Of a stretch of DNA of 16,757 nucleotides, positions 9,086-15,994 are shown piece after piece. The stretch's first letter is position 1; every line of letters starts with the position of its first letter. The stretch covers positions 1 to 16,757 of the forward strand of contig JAJXYM010000232.1 of assembly GCA_021780585.1 (NCBI GenBank), given 5' to 3'. The stretch comes from Deltaproteobacteria bacterium (lineage in GTDB: Bacteria > Desulfobacterota > Binatia > Binatales > Binataceae). The notes beneath the pieces are model-generated. The model saw nothing but the letters and a program-made list of their open reading frames with translations. It had not been told where the DNA came from and made no database searches. Made by a program: the position numbers and the translations under genes.

Positions 9086-10288
9086 TTAGTTATCGCCGCC
9101 GCCGTCGCCGGAGCCGCTCGATTGATCCACCGACGTCGCAGCGACGCTGCCGTCCGGCTGGACCACCCCCTCGACGTCGGCCGCGCCCGCGCTCAAGTCG
9201 GCGCAGGTCGCGTTATCGTTGTCGTTGACGCTGATCTGCGTGGTCGGCCCGAGCGTAACCGTGAGCGCGGTATTCGCGTTCCCCGGCGTGAAGGCGAAGC
9301 TCTGCGGGCTCGCGCCGCAATTGATCGCGCCGATCGTCCCCGAGGATTCGAATTGCAGCGCCTGGATGGTCACGCTGTCGGCATTGACCGTGCCGTTCGG
9401 ATTCGCCGCCCCTTCGACTTCGACGCCAGCGCCGTCGGCTAGATCTGCGCAGCTTCCGGGCGTTTCATTGTCCTGATTCTCGATCGAGATTTGCGTGTTG
9501 GCGCTCAGATCGACGGTCACGCTCACGTTGTCCGGATAGCGCGTGACCACGAACGAGGTCGGACAGTCGCTCGACGCGACCGCCCCCTTGAACTCGAGGT
9601 TGTCCGACCCGCCCGCCGATTCGGCGGGATACAGATCCACCTCGGTCGCCGCGAGCGCGCCCGACGAGTTGACGATCGCCTGCGCCGTGACGGGCGTTGC
9701 CGGACTTTGGCCGGCGTAGCTGGCCAGATCGGCGCAGGTGACGATCCGATTGCCGGTCGCGTCGTTCTGGATAATCGTCGCCGACGGATCGAAGCTCATC
9801 GTCTCGTCGCCGGAGCTGGTCGCGACCGTCAGCGTGTTCGGCGTCGCGCCGCAATCGACCGCGGCCAACGCGCCGCTGACCGTGAGGTCCTCCTGCTCAG
9901 CGCTGGCGGTTCCGGCGGTCGGGTCGAGCGCTATCTGATGCAGCGTCAGCCGCGACCCGGCGGGCGCGTTGACCGCAATTTCGCAGCGATTTTTGCCCTG
10001 ACGAATCAGCAGGGTCCGCGGTCCCGCCAGCGCGGCTCCGCGCAAGACGAAGAATCCCGTCTTATGATTCGCCACCACGTGTCGAGCCAAGCCCTTGACG
10101 CCGATCACGACGGCCCCTTTGCCCGGCGTGACCGATCCAGCGATCACGGTGGTTGCCTTGCCCTGGTTTTTCGCCGGTTTTTTGGCCAGCGCCGCCGGCG
10201 TCAGCGTCAACGCCGCCAGCGCGGCGACGGCCGACCCGAAAATCGCGCCGCGCCATCTCCGCGTACTATTGATTTCCAACAAACTCAT
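9086..10288 (-). CDS. Secreted protein with an N-terminal signal peptide and three tandem DUF5666-like repeats of about 100 aa each, two cysteines per repeat.
   Basis: The signal peptide MSLLEINSTRRWRGAIFGSAVAALAALTLTPAALA-KK is preceded by SD GGAGGAGG 8 nt upstream. The ORF-track start 8 codons further up, at 10312, is unlikely. The three repeats share the pattern ...DC(G/P)..P..(F/L).V.......(V/L).V.L...TQIS(I/V).N.DN.T..(C)ADL..GA.VEVEG...P.G(T/S)V.A.SV. The family name DUF5666 is my recollection and is not verified. Confidence 0.75.
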   Translation of the reverse strand: MSLLEINSTRRWRGAIFGSAVAALAALTLTPAALAKKPAKNQGKATTVIAGSVTPGKGAVVIGVKGLARHVVANHKTGFFVLRGAALAGPRTLLIRQGKNRCEIAVNAPAGSRLTLHQIALDPTAGTASAEQEDLTVSGALAAVDCGATPNTLTVATSSGDETMSFDPSATIIQNDATGNRIVTCADLASYAGQSPATPVTAQAIVNSSGALAATEVDLYPAESAGGSDNLEFKGAVASSDCPTSFVVTRYPDNVSVTVDLSANTQISIENQDNETPGSCADLADGAGVEVEGAANPNGTVNADSVTIQALQFESSGTIGAINCGASPQSFAFTPGNANTALTVTLGPTTQISVNDNDNATCADLSAGAADVEGVVQPDGSVAATSVDQSSGSGDGGGDN

Positions 10289-10312
10289 TCCGTGTGCCTC
10301 CTCCACGTGCAT

Positions 10313-10611
10313 CGATTACCCCCCACGCATGGGATCGCACCCAGCGACAGTCACGACATGAGACGCTATTAGTTGTCCGTTTTAGATGGAAGTCATTTTT
10401 TATTGCTTTCCAATTGCGGAATCTTCGCCCGTTCGGTAGCCGCGCCGACGCGCGTTCGCGCGATCCGTCCGCCGCCGCGCCGACCCGCCGCACGCGGCTT
10501 CGCTTTGCCCGGACGCGTCGCGCCGGTAATTTGATGTTCGCGCAAAGACTGCTTCGCCGCCCGGACGATTGTCGGAACCGGCGTTAGCGGCCGGCGCGGA
10601 GGGATGCTGCG
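10313..10611. promoter_or_regulatory. Divergent intergenic region with an AT-rich core, presumed to hold promoters for the two oppositely oriented secreted or membrane repeat-protein genes.
   Basis: The 299-bp gap between divergent starts contains the only AT-rich stretch in the area at about 10360-10430 (ttagttgtccgttttagatggaagtcattttttattgctttccaattgcggaatc). I could not assign a confident -35/-10 pair. Confidence 0.3.
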
Positions 10612-11082
10612 ATGGCTCAGATGACGGGCGGAAAATGGACCTACCTGATGGTGGCGTTGATCGGCGGAATCGCCGGCGGCGCGATCGGCGGCCGATGGCT
10701 CGCGCCGCGTCCCGCGATCGCCGCCGACACGGCGCCGAAATCTCTCGCCGCCCAGGAGATCATGCTGGTCGACGCCCAGGGCCATCCGCACGCCGTGCTG
10801 CGCCTGAATCAAAACTTCGAGCCGGTGATGCAGATGTACGACCATGCCGGCAAGCCGCGCGCCGCGATCGGTTTCGGCAAGGATCAGGACGTCGGCCTGC
10901 TCTTCTCCGACGACACCGGCGCCACGCGCCTGATCATGGGCGTCAGCGGCGACAATATCCCGGCGGTGCGATTGTTCGACGAACATGGCCGCCAGCGCGC
11001 GCTGATCGGCGTCGACAGCCAGGGCGAGGCCGCGCTCGATTTTTACGACAGCAACGGCAAGCTGCTGCGCGAGTTACCCTGA
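10612..11082 (+). CDS. Small membrane-anchored or secreted hypothetical protein with five tandem repeats of about 23 aa (consensus h.h.D..G..R..hGh..dG...).
   Basis: An N-terminal hydrophobic helix (WTYLMVALIGGIAGGAIGG) is followed by the repeats EIMLVDAQGHPHAVLRLN / MQMYDHAGKPRAAIGFGKDQDVG / LLFSDDTGATRLIMGVSGDNIPA / VRLFDEHGRQRALIGVDSQGEAA / LDFYDSNGKLLREL. SD GGAGGG lies 8 nt upstream of the ATG at 10612. Confidence 0.65.
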   Translation: MAQMTGGKWTYLMVALIGGIAGGAIGGRWLAPRPAIAADTAPKSLAAQEIMLVDAQGHPHAVLRLNQNFEPVMQMYDHAGKPRAAIGFGKDQDVGLLFSDDTGATRLIMGVSGDNIPAVRLFDEHGRQRALIGVDSQGEAALDFYDSNGKLLRELP

Positions 11083-11191
11083 ACGCCCGTTTTCCCGTCC
11101 GCCGCGCAAACGCTATGGTGAGACGCCGGCGGCCGACCGGGCCCGGCAAGCGTAAGGCTTACGACGATTTTCCCGAAAATGGTTGACTACG

Positions 11192-13957
11192 ATGAGCAAG
11201 GATAGTTTCAGCACGCGAACGACCCTCAACGTCGGCTCGAAGAGCCACGTTATCCACTCGCTCGAAGCGCTCGCCAAACGCGGCTTCGATCTCGCCCGCC
11301 TGCCGTTTTCGATCAAGGTGCTGCTCGAAAACGTGCTGCGGCGCGAGGACGGGGCCAACGTCACCGCCGACCACGTCGCGGCGCTGGCGCGCTGGAACGG
11401 CGCGCGCGATGGCGATCGCGAATTTTCCTTCATGCCCGCGCGCGTGCTGCTGCAGGATTTCACCGGCGTGCCGGTGGTCGCCGACCTCGCCGTGATGCGT
11501 GACGCGATCCGCCGGCTCGGCGGCGATCCCGCCCGCATCAATCCGCTCCAGCCCGCCGATCTCGTCATCGACCATTCCGTGCAGGTCGATTCCTACGGCC
11601 TGCCGAGCTCCTTCGCGCGCAACGCCGAACTCGAATTCGAGCGTAATCAGGAACGCTACCAGTTCCTGCGCTGGGGCCAGCGCGCGTTCGACAATTTCCG
11701 CGTCGTCCCGCCCGATACCGGCATCGTCCATCAGGTCAATCTCGAATATCTGGCTCCCGTCGTCTTCGTCTCCGCCGCCGGCGAGGCCTATCCCGACAGC
11801 GTCTTCGGCACCGATTCGCATACCACGATGGTCAACGGACTCGGCGTCGTCGGATGGGGCGTGGGCGGAATCGAGGCCGAAGTCGCGATGCTCGGCCGCT
11901 CCAGCCCGATGCTGATTCCGCAGGTGGTCGGGATGCGCCTGAGCGGCGCCCTGCGCCCCGGCGCGACCGCGACCGACCTCGTCCTGACGGTCACGCAGAT
12001 GCTGCGCAAGCAGGGCGTGGTCAACAAGTTCGTGGAATTTTACGGACCAGGAATTGCCCATCTGAGCGTCGCCGACCGCGCCACGATCGGCAACATGTCG
12101 CCCGAATACGGCGCCACGATCGGTTTCTTCCCGGTCGACGACCAGACCCTCGCCTATCTGCGCCTGACCGGCCGTTCCGAGGACCAGGTGCGATTGGTCG
12201 AGGCCTACTGCAAGGCGCAGGGACTCTTCCGCACGGCGGCGTCGCCCGAACCGATCTTCACCGACACGCTCGAACTCGACCTCGGCGCCGTCGAACCGAG
12301 TCTCGCCGGCCCGCGCCGCCCGCAGGATCGGATCACGCTGGCCGCGGCGCGGCGAACCTTTCGCGCCGACCTGGCGAAGGAAGTCGCCAATCACGCTTCG
12401 GCCGATCCGAAAGTCGTCGATCGCTGGATCGCCGAAGGCGGCAATCCCGAGGTCGCCCCGCATGAACGGGTCGCGCCGCCCGCGACCGGGCCGATCGCGA
12501 CGCGCCTCGAAGTCGCAATGGACGGCGAAAAATTCCCGCTCGGCCACGGCGCGATCGTGATCGCCGCGATCACGAGCTGCACCAACACTTCGAATCCCTC
12601 CGTGCTGATCGGCGCTGGATTGCTGGCGAAAAAAGCGGTCGAGCGCGGCCTCACCGTCAAGCCGTGGGTCAAGACCAGCCTTGCGCCGGGGTCCAAGGTC
12701 GTCACCGCCTATCTGAATCGCGCCGGCCTGACGCCGTATCTCGAAAAGCTGCGCTTCAATCTCGTCGGTTACGGATGCACCACCTGTATCGGCAACAGCG
12801 GCCCGGTCGCCGAGCCGATCGCCGGCGCGATCAAACAGGGAAATCTCGTCGCGACGGCGATCCTGAGCGGGAATCGCAATTTCGAAGGCCGCATCAATCC
12901 CGTCGTGCGCTTCAATTATCTCGCCTCGCCGCCGCTGGTGGTGGCCTACGCGATCGCCGGCACGATGGACTTCGACCCGAACGTCGAGCCGCTCGCGCGC
13001 GATTCAAAAGGCGCGCCCGTCTATCTGCGCGAGCTCTGGCCGACCGCGGCCGAAATCGAAGCCGCGATTTCCGCGTCGGTCGATTCCGCGATGTTTCGCG
13101 CGGAATACGGCCAGGTCTTCGAGGGCGACGAGCGCTGGCAGAGCCTGAAAATCCCCGCGGGCAATCTGTTCCAATGGTCGGACGATTCGTCCTACGTCAA
13201 GGCGCCGCCCTTTTTCGACGGCGTCGGACCGCATCCGGCGCCGGTCGGCGACCTCGTCGGCGCGCGCGCGCTCGCGGTCCTCGGCGACAGCGTCACCACC
13301 GATCATATTTCGCCCGCCGGCTCGATCGCGACCGACAGTCCCGCCGGCCGCTACCTGGTCGCCAACGGCGTCCAGCCGAAGGACTTCAATTCCTACGGCG
13401 CGCGCCGCGGGAATCATGAGGTGATGGTGCGCGGGACCTTCGCCAATATCCGGCTCAAGAATCTGCTCGTGCCGGGGGTCGAAGGCGGCGTCACCGCGCA
13501 TCTGCCGGACGGCGCGAAGACGACGATCTATGACGCCGCCGAGCAGTATCGCAAGGAGGGCGTGCCGCTGGTGATTATCGCCGGCAAGGAGTACGGCTCC
13601 GGCTCGTCGCGCGATTGGGCGGCGAAGGGCACGCAACTACTTGGCGTGCGCGCCGTGATCGCCGAGAGCTTCGAGCGGATACATCGCAGCAACCTGGTCG
13701 GGATGGGGGTCTTGGCGCTCGAATTCGTCAACGGCCAGAATCGCGCCAGCCTGGGCCTGACCGGCCGCGAAGTCTATTCGATCGGCGGCCTCACGGACGG
13801 CCTCAAGCCGCGCCAGACGCTCAAGGTGCGCGCCGAGGAAAACGGCAAAGTGACAGAGTTCGACGTGCTGGCGCGAATCGATACGCCCGAGGACGTCGAA
13901 TATATCCGCCACGGCGGCGTATTGCCCTACGTCCTGCGCGAACTGCTCCGCGCCTGA
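11192..13957 (+). CDS. acnA: Aconitate hydratase A (aconitase A).
   Basis: The roughly 921-aa protein aligns with AcnA along its whole length as recalled ([11 protein letters not shown]-type N-terminus here [15 protein letters not shown] ... [24 protein letters not shown] ... [10 protein letters not shown] ... [12 protein letters not shown] ... [10 protein letters not shown]). The ORF track begins at a TTG at 11183. The ATG at 11192 (MSKDSF...) is the more plausible start. The stop is TGA at 13955-13957. Confidence 0.93.
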   Translation: MSKDSFSTRTTLNVGSKSHVIHSLEALAKRGFDLARLPFSIKVLLENVLRREDGANVTADHVAALARWNGARDGDREFSFMPARVLLQDFTGVPVVADLAVMRDAIRRLGGDPARINPLQPADLVIDHSVQVDSYGLPSSFARNAELEFERNQERYQFLRWGQRAFDNFRVVPPDTGIVHQVNLEYLAPVVFVSAAGEAYPDSVFGTDSHTTMVNGLGVVGWGVGGIEAEVAMLGRSSPMLIPQVVGMRLSGALRPGATATDLVLTVTQMLRKQGVVNKFVEFYGPGIAHLSVADRATIGNMSPEYGATIGFFPVDDQTLAYLRLTGRSEDQVRLVEAYCKAQGLFRTAASPEPIFTDTLELDLGAVEPSLAGPRRPQDRITLAAARRTFRADLAKEVANHASADPKVVDRWIAEGGNPEVAPHERVAPPATGPIATRLEVAMDGEKFPLGHGAIVIAAITSCTNTSNPSVLIGAGLLAKKAVERGLTVKPWVKTSLAPGSKVVTAYLNRAGLTPYLEKLRFNLVGYGCTTCIGNSGPVAEPIAGAIKQGNLVATAILSGNRNFEGRINPVVRFNYLASPPLVVAYAIAGTMDFDPNVEPLARDSKGAPVYLRELWPTAAEIEAAISASVDSAMFRAEYGQVFEGDERWQSLKIPAGNLFQWSDDSSYVKAPPFFDGVGPHPAPVGDLVGARALAVLGDSVTTDHISPAGSIATDSPAGRYLVANGVQPKDFNSYGARRGNHEVMVRGTFANIRLKNLLVPGVEGGVTAHLPDGAKTTIYDAAEQYRKEGVPLVIIAGKEYGSGSSRDWAAKGTQLLGVRAVIAESFERIHRSNLVGMGVLALEFVNGQNRASLGLTGREVYSIGGLTDGLKPRQTLKVRAEENGKVTEFDVLARIDTPEDVEYIRHGGVLPYVLRELLRA

Positions 13958-13983
13958 CTAGCGCACGGCCGATCCGACTGGAC

Positions 13984-14133
13984 GTCATGGCCGGGTCTGA
14001 CCCCGGCCATCCAGACCGATGGACCCTCGGGTCACGCCCGAGGGTGACCAAAAAAAAAGCGCCCGAGGGTGGCGGAAAAAAGACGCCCGAGGGTGACGGC
14101 GAGCGCGCCGCGCCGCTGGCTCCGTCATGGCTG
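13984..14133. repeat. Left arm of a long imperfect inverted repeat, built from REP-like hairpins plus a GCCCGAGGGTG/A-run minisatellite.
   Basis: It contains hairpin A (ATGGCCGGG-tctgac-CCCGGCCAT, 13987-14010), hairpin B in inverted orientation (ACCCTCGGG-tcacg-CCCGAGGGT, 14023-14045), GGTCAC-gcccgagg-GTGACC followed by A9 (14050-14058), A6 (14076-14081), then gacggcgagcgcgccgcgccgctggctccgtcatgg. The reverse complement of this segment matches 14621-14857 end to end, apart from a copy-number difference in the internal minisatellite. Confidence 0.85.
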
Positions 14134-14215
14134 GGCTTGACCAACCATCCCGAGAACGTCCCCGAGAACGTCATGGCCGGGCTTGACCAACCATCCCGAG
14201 AACGTCCCCGAGAAC
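14124..14215. repeat. 46-bp tandem duplication (x2) of a degenerate REP unit, gtcatggc(y)gggcttgaccaaccatcccgagaacgtccccgagaac. Each unit contains an internal 12-bp direct repeat cccgagaacgtc x2.
   Basis: The units start at 14124 and 14170 and are near-identical. The second stem half of the hairpin is replaced by CCAACCAT. Confidence 0.85.
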
Positions 14216-14300
14216 GTCATGGCCGGGCTTGACCCGGCCATCCACATCATTCGCACAACCAACCGGCGATCGTCATGGCCGGGCTTGACCCGGCCATCCA
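14216..14300. repeat. Two canonical REP-like hairpins in direct orientation, GTCATGGCCGGG-CTTGA-CCCGGCCATCCA, at 14216-14245 and 14271-14300. The second ends 5 bp from the GIY-YIG stop codon.
   Basis: Both are exact 9-bp stems with a 5-nt loop CTTGA. The same motif recurs 7 or more times in the window. Confidence 0.9.
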
Positions 14301-14305
14301 TGTGA

Positions 14306-14593
14306 CTATGTGAGCCTTTCGTAGAGATCGTCCCAGTGCGGATTGCTGCTCCCGATCAGCGACAGCTTCCACGCACGCGGCCAGTGCTTGAGATTTTTTT
14401 CGCGCTGAATCGCATCTCTGATGTCCTCGTGCCACTCGGTGTGAACCAGCCGTCTTAGGCCATAGCGTTTCGTGAAACCCTCGACCGACCCTTCGCGATG
14501 CTCCCACACGCGGCGCGCAAGGTCGGCGGTCACGCCTACGTAAAGCGTGCCGTTCGGACGATTCGTCATGATGTAGACCCAGCCGCCTGTCAT
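14306..14593 (-). CDS. Small GIY-YIG nuclease family protein (COG2827/YhbQ-YazA-like, 95 aa).
   Basis: The product reads MTGGWVYIMTNRPNGTLYVGVTADLARRVWEHREG ... FTKRYGLRRLVHTEWHEDIRDAIQREKNLKHWPRAWKLSLI. It has the GIY (VYIM) and YIG (LYVGVT) motifs and the conserved Arg, Glu and Asn of the GIY-YIG fold. The ATG is at 14593-14591 and the stop TAG at 14308-14306. The gene is flanked on both sides by REP hairpins. Confidence 0.85.
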   Translation of the reverse strand: MTGGWVYIMTNRPNGTLYVGVTADLARRVWEHREGSVEGFTKRYGLRRLVHTEWHEDIRDAIQREKNLKHWPRAWKLSLIGSSNPHWDDLYERLT

Positions 14594-14594
14594 C

Positions 14595-14618
14595 GCTTCG
14601 ACGGGGCTAGCGAAGCGT
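14595..14618. other. Inverted repeat CGCTTCG-acggggctag-CGAAGCG abutting the GIY-YIG start codon, with no recognisable SD upstream on the minus strand.
   Basis: On the minus strand the 3' arm of the stem ends on the nucleotide before the ATG (…ccccgtCGAAGCG-ATG). This could occlude the ribosome-binding region, and it sits between the gene and the REP at 14621. Confidence 0.4.
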
Positions 14619-14620
14619 GG

Positions 14621-14857
14621 ATGGCCGGGTCAAGCCCGGCCATGACGGAGCCAGAGGCGCGGCGCGCTCGCCGTCACCCTCGGGCGCCCTTTTCCGCCAC
14701 CCTCGGGCGTCCTTTCTGTCACCCTCGGGCGTCTTTTTTCCACCACCCCCCGAGCACCCTTTTTTGTCACCCTCGGGCGTCTTTTTTTGTCACCCTCGGG
14801 CTTGACCCGAGGGTCCATCGGTTGGGATGGCCGGGTCAGGCCCGGCCATGACGGGGA
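14621..14857. repeat. Right arm of the long imperfect inverted repeat, the reverse complement of 13984-14133 with an expanded minisatellite.
   Basis: Hairpin A in opposite orientation (ATGGCCGGG-tcaag-CCCGGCCAT, 14621-14643) is followed by gacggagccagaggcgcggcgcgctcgccgtcaccctcgggcg, which is the reverse complement of 14082-14133 with 1-2 mismatches. Five to six units of the GTCACCCTCGGGCGTCTTTTTT minisatellite follow at 14673-14788, then hairpin B (ACCCTCGGG-CTTGA-CCCGAGGGT, 14792-14814), ccatcggt, and hairpin A with loop tcagg (14827-14849). Confidence 0.85.
14673..14788. repeat. Minisatellite of 22-24-bp units GTCACCCTCGGGCG(T)C + T5-7, with 5-6 copies here against 3 copies (as A-runs) in the left arm.
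   Basis: The units begin at 14673, 14696, 14718, 14742 (degenerate) and 14766. The left-arm counterpart lies at 14029-14081 on the opposite strand, so copy number differs between the arms. Confidence 0.8.
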
Positions 14858-15879
14858 AGGACGTCCGCCGCCGCGGCCATCCGCGCCGGATTCGGCTGCT
14901 CGTGGCCGAGCACCGGATGCGGCCGATAAGGCGCCTCCAGCGCCGCGACTTCCTCCGCCGTCAGCTCGAGCTCAACCGACGCGATAATCTCCTTGAGATG
15001 GTTCGCCTTGGTCGCGCCGACGATCGGCGCGGTCACGCCCGGCGCCTGCAGAATCCATGCGCAAGCCACCTGCGCCGGCGTCGCGCCGCGCTCACGCGCG
15101 ACCTTTTCGGTCGCCTCCGCGATATCGTAGTCGTGCTCCTGATGGTACAGCCCGCGGGCGAAATCGTCCGTGCGCGCCCTGAGCGTCGCCGCGTCTCCGC
15201 CCTCGCGCTTGCGATTCCCGGCCAGAAAGCCGCGCGCCAGCGGACTCCACGGAATCACGCCCACGCCCTGGTCGATACAGAGCGGAATCATCTCGCGCTC
15301 CTCCTCGCGATAGACCAGGTTGTAATGGTTCTGCATCGCGACAAACCGATGCCATCCGCGCTCGCCCGCCGTATGCAGCGCCTTGGAGAACTGCCACGCC
15401 GCCATGCTGCTGGCGCCGAGATAGCGCACCTTGCCATGGCGCACGAGCGTGTCGAGCGCGTCGAGCGTCTCCTCGATCTGAGTCGAATAGTCCCAGCGAT
15501 GGATCTGATACAGGTCGATGTAATCCATCTTGAGGCGGCGCAGGGAGTTTTCGCACGCCTCCATGATATGCTTGCGGCTGAGGCCGCGGCGGTTCGGCCC
15601 CTTCGCCATCGCGCCGTGAACCTTGGTGGCGAGGACGATATCGTCCCGCGACGCCATCTCGCCCAGCCAGCGGCCGGTGATCTCCTCGCTGACGCCGACC
15701 GAATAGACGTCGGCGGTGTCGAAGAAGGTGATTCCCGCTTCCAGCGCGAGCTTGAAATGTTCGCGCGCCTCGTCCGCGCCAACCGTCCATTCGCGCCATT
15801 TCTTGTCGCCGTAACTCATGCATCCGAGGCAGATGCGCGAGACGGTCATGCCGGTATTGCCGAGCCTGGTGTACTGCAT
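14836..15879 (-). CDS. Aldo/keto reductase (YajO/Tas-like NADPH-dependent oxidoreductase). The last codons and the stop codon lie inside a REP hairpin.
   Basis: MQYTRLGNTGMTVSRICLGCMSYG ... ITFFDTADVYS ... the full AKR length of 347 aa. SD AGGAGC lies upstream of the ATG at 15879-15877. The C-terminal codons HGRA* map onto the right half and loop of hairpin A at 14827-14849, and the stop TGA at 14838-14836 sits in the loop TCAGG. Confidence 0.88.
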   Translation of the reverse strand: MQYTRLGNTGMTVSRICLGCMSYGDKKWREWTVGADEAREHFKLALEAGITFFDTADVYSVGVSEEITGRWLGEMASRDDIVLATKVHGAMAKGPNRRGLSRKHIMEACENSLRRLKMDYIDLYQIHRWDYSTQIEETLDALDTLVRHGKVRYLGASSMAAWQFSKALHTAGERGWHRFVAMQNHYNLVYREEEREMIPLCIDQGVGVIPWSPLARGFLAGNRKREGGDAATLRARTDDFARGLYHQEHDYDIAEATEKVARERGATPAQVACAWILQAPGVTAPIVGATKANHLKEIIASVELELTAEEVAALEAPYRPHPVLGHEQPNPARMAAAADVLPRHGRA

Positions 15880-15994
15880 CGTCGCTCCTGTGCGAGTCGC
15901 GTCGTTATGGGCGAATGCGCCGCGTGCTTCGATCGATTGTCGGATTATTCCGAGAAGAAGTTGTCCGCCGCTGGCGCGTTGTCAAGCGTCGCCG

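Noticed and set aside
9491-12547. 293-aa plus-strand ORF antisense to the DUF5666-like gene, and the 462-aa minus-strand ORF antisense to acnA.
   Set aside because: Both are GC-driven antisense ORFs. The opposite strands carry well-supported genes.
14836-15879. The second AKR as a possible cargo gene of the GIY-YIG/REP element.
   Set aside because: It lies outside the inverted-repeat arms. Only its last 4-5 codons overlap the terminal hairpin. It is treated as a neighbouring gene modified by the repeat and not as part of the unit.
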